From assembly GCA_965205485.1 (NCBI GenBank), contig OZ242180.1:2144001-2208000 (forward strand): DNA of 64,000 nucleotides. The letters run 5' to 3'. A program made the position numbers and the translations under genes. Position 1 is the first letter of the stretch. Each line of letters opens with the position of its first letter. Positions 7,953 through 16,263 of this stretch are shown one piece after another. The stretch comes from Candidatus Latescibacterota bacterium. GTDB taxonomy: Bacteria; Latescibacterota; UBA2968; GCA-2709665. The notes under the pieces were generated by a model. The model worked only from the letters and a program-made list of their open reading frames with translations. It did no database searches and was not told the DNA's origin.

Positions 7953-9689
7953 TCATGCGGTGAAGAAGGCCACGACGGTCCAGCAGATCGCCGCAAGGAA
8001 TGCCGCGATGGACGCCTGGGGTATCTGCGTCTTGACGTGGTCCATCAGGTCGCAGCCGGTACACATGGAGCTGAGTACGGTCGTGTCGGAGATGGGCGAG
8101 CACTGGTCGCCGTACACGCTGCCGTCCATGACCGCGGCGAAACAGAGGGTCATGAACAGCTCGGGATGGGAGAGCCCGTGAGCCCCGGCCACCGCCCAGG
8201 CCAGCGGCATGGCCAGCGGGAAGGCCACCGCGTAGGTGCCCCAGCTCGTCCCCGTGGAGAAGGCGATGACCATGGTCATGACCTGCAACAGCACCGGCAG
8301 CAGGAAGTAGGGAATTGCCTCCCCGAGTTGCTCGACCAGAAAGATGCCGCCCCCCGTCTCCTTGTTTATCCCCCCGATGGTGATGGCGAGCAGGAGAATG
8401 ACGGAGCCGAGCACCACCCCCTTGAGGCCGTCGTGGAATCCCGCCACGAGGTCCTTGAGCGACATCCCTTTTGCCAGGGCCATCCCCGCGGCGAGCACCA
8501 GGGCCGTGCCGAAAGCCCACTGCACGTTGGGGGAGCCGCTGACGATGAAGGTGCCGACGGCGATGCCGATGAGGGAAATCAGGGGCAGGAAGAACTCCAT
8601 CACGTGCGGGGTGTACCCCTCGGGAACGTTGCTTCCCTGCAGTTCCTTTGCGCTCAGGGGGTTCGCGCCATCCGCATCGAGCTGGCCGGTCGCGCGGGAC
8701 CGATCCATCGCCGCCTTGAGCCGCTTGCCGAGAAACAGGGGCCGCTCGATGCTGAGGAGAAAGGTGCCGAGCACGGCGAAGATCGCGTAGAAGCAGAACG
8801 GCACGCTCTGGAAGAAGAAGGCGATGCGGTCCGTCTCGGTGGCGAGGAAGCCCACCCCGGAGACGAAGATGAAGGCCTGGACGTACCCGGGCCAGGCGTT
8901 GAAGGCGAGCTGGGAAGCGATCGGCGAGGCCGTTGAGTCGACGATGTAGGCGAGCTCTTCGTGGCTGACCTTTTCTGTATCGGCGATCGGCTTGACCGTG
9001 GTGCCGACCAGCACCGTGCTGACCGTGCCCCCCTGAAAGAAAATGACGCCGAGCGCCCAGGAAACGAGCTTGGCGCTTCGGGGGCCGCGCACGAAGCGCT
9101 CCGTCATTAGTTCGGCGAACGCCTGCGCGGCGCCCGTCCGCGACCAGATCCCCATCAGGCCGCCCAGCAGCCACAGGTAGAGCAGCAGGACGCCGGCGGA
9201 GCTGGTTGTGGCCAGCGAGGGGATCAGCACGTCGCCGGTGAAGTCGTAGCGGGTAAGCACCAGCGCTCCCGACAGGATGCCGCCAATGAGCGAGGTAACC
9301 GGCTCCCGGGTCAGCCAGCAAAGGAGCACGGCGACCACCGCGGGAAGGAGGGACCAGAAGCCCCAGTGGTGCTTGGCCAGCAGCTGATAATATAAGGTCC
9401 TTGGCTCACCCTCCTCCAGCCTGACGACGGAGACAAACTCCTTCTTCACTTCCGGGGTCTCGCGCGAGCCTTCAATTCGCTCGGGGTTGAGCAGCGCCTC
9501 CTCGATGGGCACGGGGTGGAAATAGGTCGGCTCTCCCCGATATATGTAGTAGAGGTTTCCGTCTCTGTCGACGTGAGCATCGAGGGCGATCTGCTCGACG
9601 GTCCAGGTAGGCGCCACGTTGATGCCGACGATCCAGGATACGACCAGGGCGATAGCGAAGACGACAAACTTGCGGACACCAGGGCTCAT
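7953..9689 (-). CDS. Na+/H+ antiporter NhaC-family transporter
   Basis: Multi-TM protein with LAYIVDSTASP, AFSTGTSWGT, GSVYGDQCSPISDTTVLSS and DHVKTQIP motifs. Confidence 0.85.
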   Translation of the reverse strand: MSPGVRKFVVFAIALVVSWIVGINVAPTWTVEQIALDAHVDRDGNLYYIYRGEPTYFHPVPIEEALLNPERIEGSRETPEVKKEFVSVVRLEEGEPRTLYYQLLAKHHWGFWSLLPAVVAVLLCWLTREPVTSLIGGILSGALVLTRYDFTGDVLIPSLATTSSAGVLLLYLWLLGGLMGIWSRTGAAQAFAELMTERFVRGPRSAKLVSWALGVIFFQGGTVSTVLVGTTVKPIADTEKVSHEELAYIVDSTASPIASQLAFNAWPGYVQAFIFVSGVGFLATETDRIAFFFQSVPFCFYAIFAVLGTFLLSIERPLFLGKRLKAAMDRSRATGQLDADGANPLSAKELQGSNVPEGYTPHVMEFFLPLISLIGIAVGTFIVSGSPNVQWAFGTALVLAAGMALAKGMSLKDLVAGFHDGLKGVVLGSVILLLAITIGGINKETGGGIFLVEQLGEAIPYFLLPVLLQVMTMVIAFSTGTSWGTYAVAFPLAMPLAWAVAGAHGLSHPELFMTLCFAAVMDGSVYGDQCSPISDTTVLSSMCTGCDLMDHVKTQIPQASIAAFLAAICWTVVAFFTA

Positions 9690-9901
9690 TCCAATCTCCG
9701 GATGAAAGATGTGGGGGGACGATTCGGAGGGATGCCGGAGGGCTTCACCTCTGTTCTATACCCCTATTGTACCCTGATCTGCAAAAAACGCAAGTGGGCA
9801 TTCGGGTATGTTCGGAAAAAGCTCGTTACGAAATTGTCACGTAAAAGCAATGTTCACGTGCCGCGGGTAGACTTCACGGAGGATCGTCGGCCTGAGAGGT
9901 A

Positions 9902-10346
9902 CCCTTCGACATTTCGACACCCTTCGACAAGCTCAGTGCAGGCAGCACAAGCAGGGCAGGTTATGGGCCTCCTGTCAGCGGCCCAATGACATCCGATGAA
10001 CCAAATAACGCGTGGTCATTGAGCTTGTCGAAATGCCCGCCATTCAACAGCCCGTCGACCCCTTGACAATGGTTATCGCGAAGCGTGTCATTCAGAAGCG
10101 CAGCGAAGAATCTCCCGTCTTCGGGGCAGTCCGTGTCGCGCAGTCCTTTGGCAGAGAAATTTACGCGCGGACCCATCGCATGTCTTGCTCCTGCCGATTC
10201 TATCCGCATTCCCACAGTAGAAACATGACGTGGGCAGACAGGAATGTCTGCCCCACCTTCATGCCCGCTTCCTCGGCGTCTGAGCGGTCTATTTTGGTAC
10301 GCGTTTCGCACCGATGCTTTTTGTGTTCTTTTGTGCCTTTTGTGGC
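9902..10346. repeat. Cluster of several short palindromic repeat families
   Basis: Nested cccttcgac...gctcag (9902-9960); gtcattgagcttgtcgaaatg (10010-10040); tgtcattcagaagcgcagcgaagaatctc (10086-10114); gggcagaca-ggaa-tgtctgccc (10232-10253); ttttgtg...ttttgtggc (10319-10346). Confidence 0.7.
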
Positions 10347-10459
10347 TGATCTGACTGTTGTTTTTTTCGAATTGAGGTTAAGCGTCGTTAAGTTTGTATT
10401 GCTTTGTGCGTTCACGGCGTCCCGATTATCCTGTCGATCTATGGATCCGGACTTTTCAC

Positions 10460-10489
10460 TTGACGAATATTTCTACAATTGTACAATTG
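10460..10489 (+). promoter_or_regulatory. Toxin-antitoxin promoter with a palindromic operator
   Basis: TTGACG (10460-10465), 16 bp, TACAAT (10482-10487). The perfect 14-bp palindrome CAATTGTACAATTG (10476-10489), with a TGTACA core, overlaps the -10 box. Confidence 0.65.
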
Positions 10490-10511
10490 AATTGGACATG
10501 AGGAGGATTTC

Positions 10512-10910
10512 GTGAACATTGTCATCGATTCTTCAGCAATTATCGCTGTCATTGTAGACGAACCTGAAAAAGATGCAATCATTGCGGCGACTTCCGGGCA
10601 ATCGCTCATCGGCCCCGGATCCATTCCCTGGGAGATCGGAAATGCCTTCTCCGCGATGATCAGGCAGCGCCGCGTCAGCCTTGCAGATGCACAACGGGGA
10701 ATGGAGATACTGGACGGCATCCCGATACAATTCGTAAACGTCGACATGTCGAACGTGCTGTCCATCGCTGCACAGGTGAACGCATACGCGTACGACGCGT
10801 ACTTTCTCGACTGCGCATTGCGGCATGGCGCGCCGCTGTTGACGTTGGACCGAACCCTCAGCCGGGCAGCAGCCGCACTCGGCGTCAACACCGTTTTTCC
10901 GGAGGTGTAG
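10512..10910 (+). CDS. vapC: PIN-domain toxin (VapC family)
   Basis: IVIDSSAIIA...E...EIGNA...AYDAYFL...LLTLD acidic PIN motif; GAGGAGG RBS. Confidence 0.9.
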   Translation: MNIVIDSSAIIAVIVDEPEKDAIIAATSGQSLIGPGSIPWEIGNAFSAMIRQRRVSLADAQRGMEILDGIPIQFVNVDMSNVLSIAAQVNAYAYDAYFLDCALRHGAPLLTLDRTLSRAAAALGVNTVFPEV

Positions 10911-10911
10911 G

Positions 10912-11157
10912 ATGGACGTATATACCTACTCGGAAGCCAGGCAGAACTTCTCAACCGTGCTCGACAAAGCGGAGGCGACGGGCAAGGTCCTCATTCGCAG
11001 AAAGGATGGCAGGACCTACGCCCTTGTTCCGGAACGCCCCTCGGCGTCGCCGCTGGACGTTCCGTCGATCCAGGCGGACGTTTCCACCCGGGAACTCGTC
11101 ACGCTCATCAGAGACGAGAGACGAATGACAGGAGAGCGGGGACGACGAGGGGAATAA
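10912..11157 (+). CDS. Phd/YefM-family antitoxin
   Basis: YTYSEARQNFSTVLDKA...VLIRRKDG N-terminal Phd/YefM signature; starts 1 nt after the toxin stop. Confidence 0.9.
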   Translation: MDVYTYSEARQNFSTVLDKAEATGKVLIRRKDGRTYALVPERPSASPLDVPSIQADVSTRELVTLIRDERRMTGERGRRGE

Positions 11158-11255
11158 CAACGCTTCAGGCGGGAAATCGCGGTTATGAACGGTGCCGGGA
11201 GGGAGTTGTGGCGTGACAAAGTGTCCAAAGGGTCGTCGACTTCGGCCGGACTCGG

Positions 11256-12218
11256 CTATGCGTCAACGCAATCTCTGATGGCTTCGACGATGTCCCCGGT
11301 CTGGGGCAGGCAGGCGTCTTCCAGCGAGGCGCTATAGGGCATTGGCGTATTCAGGCCGCCCAGAACCCTGGGGGGTTTGCGAAGGTGTTCGAAGCCCCGT
11401 TCGGCGATCTGGCGGACGATTTCGGCGCCGGCGCCTCCGCGCGCCGGGGCTTCGTGTACCACCAGGAGGCGGCCTGTTTTTTTTACCGATCTCAGGATGG
11501 TTTCCACGTCGAGAGGGACGAGGGTACGGGGATCGATCACCTCCACGCCGATTTCCCCGTCCAGGGTTTCAGCCGCCTGGAGGGTCTTCTGCAGGGCGTA
11601 GGAGACGGCGACAACGGTAACGTCGGCGCCTTCACGCTTAACGTCGGCCGTACCCAGAGGAACGACGTGGTCGCCTTCCGGGACGGCCCCCTCGATATCC
11701 CCCAGCAGCCGGTGCTGGATGAAAACGACCGGTCCGTCGTCGCGGATGCTGGACTTCATCAGTCCCTTGGCGTCCGCGGCCGTGGCCGGCATGACCACCT
11801 TGAGACCGGGAGAATGTACGAACCAGCTCTCCAGGCTCTGGCTGTGATGACCGGCCTCCCGCGTGCCGGCGCCGCCGGGAGTGCGGATCACCATCGGGAC
11901 ATTGATGTTGCCCCCCGACATCAGGTGGATCTTGGCGGCCTGGTTGACGATGGGGTCCATGCAGACGGTGACGAAGTCGCAATACATGATGACGGCGACC
12001 GGACGCAGGCCGGTCATGGCGGCGCCAACCGCCAGCCCCACGAAGCCCGATTCGGAAATGGGCGTCTGCCACGTGCGTCGCTCGTGGAACTGGTCCCAAA
12101 GTCTGTCAGGATCGCGGACAGGACCGATATCCTCGCCGATGATAAAGACGCGCTCGTCGCGGGCGGCTTCTTCCCTGATGGCGTCGCTAATGGCCTGGGC
12201 GTACGTAACGCGGGGCAT
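11256..12218 (-). CDS. 2-oxoacid/acetoin dehydrogenase E1 beta subunit
   Basis: IIGEDI, TPISESG, HHSQSLE, PGLKVVMP, EVIDPRTLVPLD, SVKKTGR. Confidence 0.9.
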   Translation of the reverse strand: MPRVTYAQAISDAIREEAARDERVFIIGEDIGPVRDPDRLWDQFHERRTWQTPISESGFVGLAVGAAMTGLRPVAVIMYCDFVTVCMDPIVNQAAKIHLMSGGNINVPMVIRTPGGAGTREAGHHSQSLESWFVHSPGLKVVMPATAADAKGLMKSSIRDDGPVVFIQHRLLGDIEGAVPEGDHVVPLGTADVKREGADVTVVAVSYALQKTLQAAETLDGEIGVEVIDPRTLVPLDVETILRSVKKTGRLLVVHEAPARGGAGAEIVRQIAERGFEHLRKPPRVLGGLNTPMPYSASLEDACLPQTGDIVEAIRDCVDA

Positions 12219-12321
12219 TGATCGGTCTCCGTATATCTATGGCGAAAACTGGATAACCCATGTTCCAGGGTCACACTTCACGCATCAGCCTCAGTTCGAA
12301 AATGGAAAACTGTAAAATTGG

Positions 12322-12592
12322 CCACAAAAAGCACAAAAGGCACAGAAAGTACAGGTGCGAAATGGCCCGTGCCCCGAAGTGCCCTGGAAATCCGAGGTCA
12401 AATCGCCTCTATTTACCTGCGTATATTCGGTGACCTGAATGTCAATTATATACAGAAGAACAAAGGCGAATTGATGTCAAAGATCCCAGATACTTGAGGT
12501 CACCGGACGTGAACGGAAATTTCATCCATTTGTACGACCTCGATGCCCCGCTCTTACATTGACTCCTTCTGTGCCCTTTGTGCCTTTTGTGG
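12322..12592. repeat. ~270-bp degenerate fold-back element between the E1 alpha and beta genes
   Basis: 26-bp terminal inverted repeats, plus internal pairs cgaggtc/gacctcg and cggtgacct/aggtcaccg. Confidence 0.7.
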
Positions 12593-12625
12593 TGAGTTTT
12601 GCCGTTGCCTTTCTTCGGATCAAGG

Positions 12626-13624
12626 TTAAAGGGCGACTCCCGCGGTAACGGGCATGTCGCCCAAATCAGGATATGGAGATCGTTTGCCGTAGTCCACGGC
12701 TTCGCGCGCCGCCTCTCTGGCATCGGAGATGACGTTCTGTTTTTCTTCCGCCGTGAGGTATCCGGCGTCAATGAGCTTGCGTTCGAAGAGGGCGATCGGG
12801 TCCTTGCTCTTCCACGTCTCGAGTTCTTCCGGATTGTTGTGTTCGCCCTTGCCTCCGCCCGCGTGGCTTACGAAGCGATAGGTCTTGCATTCGATAAGCG
12901 TGGGTCCGTTTCCGGCGCGCGCTCTGGCAACGGCCTCCGATGCGACCCGGTACACCGCGAGGATGTCCTGGCCGTCTACGATGGCGCCCGGAAGGTCGTA
13001 TGCGGCGGCCTTGGCGGCGACGTCCGGCGGCGAGAGCGTTATGGCAGCGGGGGTGGTGGCGGCGTAGAGGTTGTTTTCACAGACGTAGACGGCGGGGAGG
13101 TCCCAGAGCGCGGCAATGTTCAGGGCTTCGTGGAATGCGCCCTGATTGGCGGCCCCCTCGCTGAAAAAGGCGACGGCCACCTGCCGGGTGCCGCGGTATT
13201 TCGCGGAAAATGCGGCGCCGGTGGCGATGGGAACCTGGGCCCCCACGATTCCGTTCCCTCCGATCAGGCCGAGTTCCGAACTGAAGATGTGCATGGAACC
13301 GCCGCATCCGCCGCTGTACCCATGTTTCCGCCCCATCAGCTCGGCCATCATCGGCTTGAGGTCCGCGCCCTTGGCGATGGCGTGGCCGTGACCCCTGTGC
13401 GTGCTGGCCACGAAATCAACCGGCTCGAGCGCGGCGCAGACACCGACTTCCGTGCCTTCCTGGCCGATGGCCAGGTGGGCGGCGCCGGAGATGACCCCTT
13501 CGCTTTCGGGGTTGTCACGAAGATAGCCGGCATAGTCGTAGTGGACCCTTACCTGTTCTTCGAAGGAACGGATGCGGTACATCCGCCGGAGCATTTCGAG
13601 GCATGTTTCTCTGTCGGGCATCAT
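12626..13624 (-). CDS. ThDP-dependent dehydrogenase E1 alpha subunit
   Basis: HLAIGQE, STHRGHGH, GGSMH, NGIVGAQVP, FSEGAANQG...ENNLYA, ECKTYR. Confidence 0.9.
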   Translation of the reverse strand: MMPDRETCLEMLRRMYRIRSFEEQVRVHYDYAGYLRDNPESEGVISGAAHLAIGQEGTEVGVCAALEPVDFVASTHRGHGHAIAKGADLKPMMAELMGRKHGYSGGCGGSMHIFSSELGLIGGNGIVGAQVPIATGAAFSAKYRGTRQVAVAFFSEGAANQGAFHEALNIAALWDLPAVYVCENNLYAATTPAAITLSPPDVAAKAAAYDLPGAIVDGQDILAVYRVASEAVARARAGNGPTLIECKTYRFVSHAGGGKGEHNNPEELETWKSKDPIALFERKLIDAGYLTAEEKQNVISDAREAAREAVDYGKRSPYPDLGDMPVTAGVAL

Positions 13625-13660
13625 TTGTCTGTATTCCCCGGTTGCGGAAGGGTCAAAGCG

Positions 13661-15082
13661 TCAAGCGGGTCCCGTTGCAGGACCGGACGGAGCTTCTTCG
13701 GCCCACTCGAGGCGGTCCCCATTTTGTTTACAATGACGCATTGCCGAGTCGATGGCGTCTTGCAGCAGGTTAAGTATCCTTTCTGCCTGTGCAAAGGACA
13801 TAACGAGAGCCGGGGCCAGGACAAGGATGTCGCCGTTGTTGCGCAGGATCATGCCGGCCTTTCCGCAGAAATCGGCGATATATGACCCGGCTCTTCCCGG
13901 TGGATACAACGGCCCCCGTGTCTCGCGGTTGCCCACGAGTTCGACGGCCCAGAGCGTGCCGAGGCCGCGCACGTTTCCCACCAGGGGATATCGGTAGAGT
14001 CCGTTCAGTTTTCTCTTGAACCAGGCACCGAGATCAGCTGCACGCTGCACGAGGTTCTCGTTCTGGATGATTTCGATATGGGCGAGTGCGGCTGCGCAGG
14101 CGGCGGCATGGCCCGAGAAGGTGTGGATATGCCGGAATCCGGTCCCGGCGCTGCGAATGGTCTCGGCAATATCCTCGGTTGCAATCGCGGCGCCGATGGG
14201 CAGATAGCCGCCTGAGAACCCCTTGGCGACGGTCAGAATATCCGGCGTAACATCCCAGTTTTCACAGGCGAACATCTTCCCGGTGCGGCCGAAACCCGTC
14301 TGGATTTCGTCAAAGACGAGCAGGACGCCATGCCGGTCGCAGAGATCGCGCACGCCCTGCAGATATCCGTCCGGGGGAAGGGGAAAGCCCGTGTTGGAGC
14401 CCGGGATGGGGTCCATGATGACGGCCGCGACCGTTTGCGGTCCCTCCCATTCCAGGACGGATGCCAGATTCTTGAGACATGCCAGCGCACAGGTGTCGGG
14501 ATCCAGGTCGAGCTCACAGCGATAACAGTTCGCGGGCATGGCGTGGGTGAATCCGGGCAGCAGGGGTTCATAGGGCTCGCGGCTGCCTGCCAGGCCGGTC
14601 GCGGAGAGTGCGCCGAGCGTGGCGCCGTGATATGAGCCCCTGCGGAATATCACCTTGTAGCGGTTTTTCTGGCCTTTGGCCCAGTAATAGCTGCGCGCAA
14701 GCTTTATGGCGGCCTCATTGGCTTCGGAGCCGTCGTTGACGAGGAAGGAGACGGAGAGGTCTCCGGGGGCGATCTCGGCCAGTTTCGCCGCCAGCCTCGC
14801 GGCAGGTTCGATCAGATAGTCCTGTCCGCCGGGAAAGTAAGCCAGCTTTTCCATCTGTTCGTTCACCGCGTCGATGACTTCGGTGCGGCCGTGCCCGCAC
14901 AGGGTCGTGAGCAGGGAGGCGAAGGTGTCCAGGTATTCGTTGCCCTCGGCGTCGTAAATGTACAGACCGTCGCCATGGGTAATCGTCATCGGGGGCTTAT
15001 CGGGCTGCGCGCCGCGGAAATAGCTCTGCCAGAGGTGACGCGAGGCAGCCACGAGGTCGTCGGTATTCGCTGTTTTTTCCAT
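13661..15082 (-). CDS. Class-III PLP aminotransferase (omega-amino acid/polyamine/taurine type)
   Basis: GSEANE, SYHGAT, FDEIQTGFGRTG, TVAKG (PLP Lys), HTFSGH. Start at 15082 or 15100. Confidence 0.9.
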   Translation of the reverse strand: MEKTANTDDLVAASRHLWQSYFRGAQPDKPPMTITHGDGLYIYDAEGNEYLDTFASLLTTLCGHGRTEVIDAVNEQMEKLAYFPGGQDYLIEPAARLAAKLAEIAPGDLSVSFLVNDGSEANEAAIKLARSYYWAKGQKNRYKVIFRRGSYHGATLGALSATGLAGSREPYEPLLPGFTHAMPANCYRCELDLDPDTCALACLKNLASVLEWEGPQTVAAVIMDPIPGSNTGFPLPPDGYLQGVRDLCDRHGVLLVFDEIQTGFGRTGKMFACENWDVTPDILTVAKGFSGGYLPIGAAIATEDIAETIRSAGTGFRHIHTFSGHAAACAAALAHIEIIQNENLVQRAADLGAWFKRKLNGLYRYPLVGNVRGLGTLWAVELVGNRETRGPLYPPGRAGSYIADFCGKAGMILRNNGDILVLAPALVMSFAQAERILNLLQDAIDSAMRHCKQNGDRLEWAEEAPSGPATGPA

Positions 15083-15152
15083 GTTGTTTTGGCAGGGCAA
15101 GAGGATTTTTCCAACCGGGAACCGCGTTCGATACGCACGCCCGTCCGCCTAT

Positions 15153-16220
15153 TCAATCGATGCCGGCTTCACGTCCCCTTCCGGCGGATTCATAAATGGC
15201 GTCCATCATCTGCTGGACCATCAGGCCGTGTTCGGCCGGCGCGAGTGTTGGTTTGTCGTAAAGTACGTGGTCGACGAAATTGCGCAGTTTGGCGTCGAAG
15301 GAGGATTCGAATCCGGATCCGGGCAACCAGCCGGGCTCGGTGTTTACCATGTAACCGTTGTCATCCGTTGCGATCGCGAGCGGATCCCAGGTGGCGCCGC
15401 CTTTTTCGCCCATGAGCTGAAAGTTCCATACGTCGGCCCGGATGTGGGCGGCAAAGCTGGATTCCACGTGAATAACGGCGCCGTCTTCAAAGCGGATCTG
15501 GCCAACCGCCAGGTCTTCGACGGTGTAGGTCTCGTGGTCCCAATCCGGCCACCTGCAGACCGTTTCCGATTTTCTGTTACCCAGATAGGTGAAGACGTTT
15601 CCACTGGCTGCAACGGGTCTGGGCGAGCCCATGATGTAGTGGACGGCTTCCAGCACGTGTACGCCGATGTCCACGAGCGGACCGCCGCCCTGGAGTTCCT
15701 TCCGCCCGAAAACACCCCAGTTGGGAATGCCGCGCCTGCGCAGGGCCTGGACGCGGGCGAACAGGATCCTCCCCATGCGGCCGCCGTCCACCGCGTCCTT
15801 GATGAATCGGGTTTTCGGATCGAAGCGTTGCTGAAATCCGATGACGAGTTTTCGCCGGTGTTTCCTGGCGGCGTCCAGCATGGCCGTTGCTTCCCGCGCG
15901 TTCATGGCCATCGGCTTTTCCACGATGACGTGCGCACCCGAAGAGAGCGATGCAATGGTTGTGGGAGCGTGTAAGCCGTTTGGTGTGCAGACGCTTACGG
16001 CATCGGGTCTGACCTTGCTCAACATGGTCTCGTAGTCTTCAAAACAATTGGCAATGCCGTACTCCTTCGAACGTCTTTCAAGTGCCGCCCTGGAGATGTC
16101 CGCCATGGCGACTATGTCCACGTCTTCCATCTCATTGAAGCAACGCATGTGGGTGCCGGCGATGCCACCAGCGCCGATGAAGGCAAGGCGGAGCTTTTTT
16201 TCCGGAAAACCTGACGCCAT
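15153..16220 (-). CDS. Gfo/Idh/MocA-family NAD(P)-dependent oxidoreductase
   Basis: IGAGGIA, VCTPNGLH, EKPMA, GGGPLVDIGVH. Confidence 0.9.
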   Translation of the reverse strand: MASGFPEKKLRLAFIGAGGIAGTHMRCFNEMEDVDIVAMADISRAALERRSKEYGIANCFEDYETMLSKVRPDAVSVCTPNGLHAPTTIASLSSGAHVIVEKPMAMNAREATAMLDAARKHRRKLVIGFQQRFDPKTRFIKDAVDGGRMGRILFARVQALRRRGIPNWGVFGRKELQGGGPLVDIGVHVLEAVHYIMGSPRPVAASGNVFTYLGNRKSETVCRWPDWDHETYTVEDLAVGQIRFEDGAVIHVESSFAAHIRADVWNFQLMGEKGGATWDPLAIATDDNGYMVNTEPGWLPGSGFESSFDAKLRNFVDHVLYDKPTLAPAEHGLMVQQMMDAIYESAGRGREAGID

Positions 16221-16263
16221 TCGTGGTACCCTTTTCAGATGCAAATTGCCTGTCCGGAACGGT

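Noticed and set aside
7888..9321. 477-aa alternate-frame ORF and many other long shadow ORFs
   Set aside because: Arg/Pro/Gly-rich or antisense frames over well-supported genes, as expected at high GC3.
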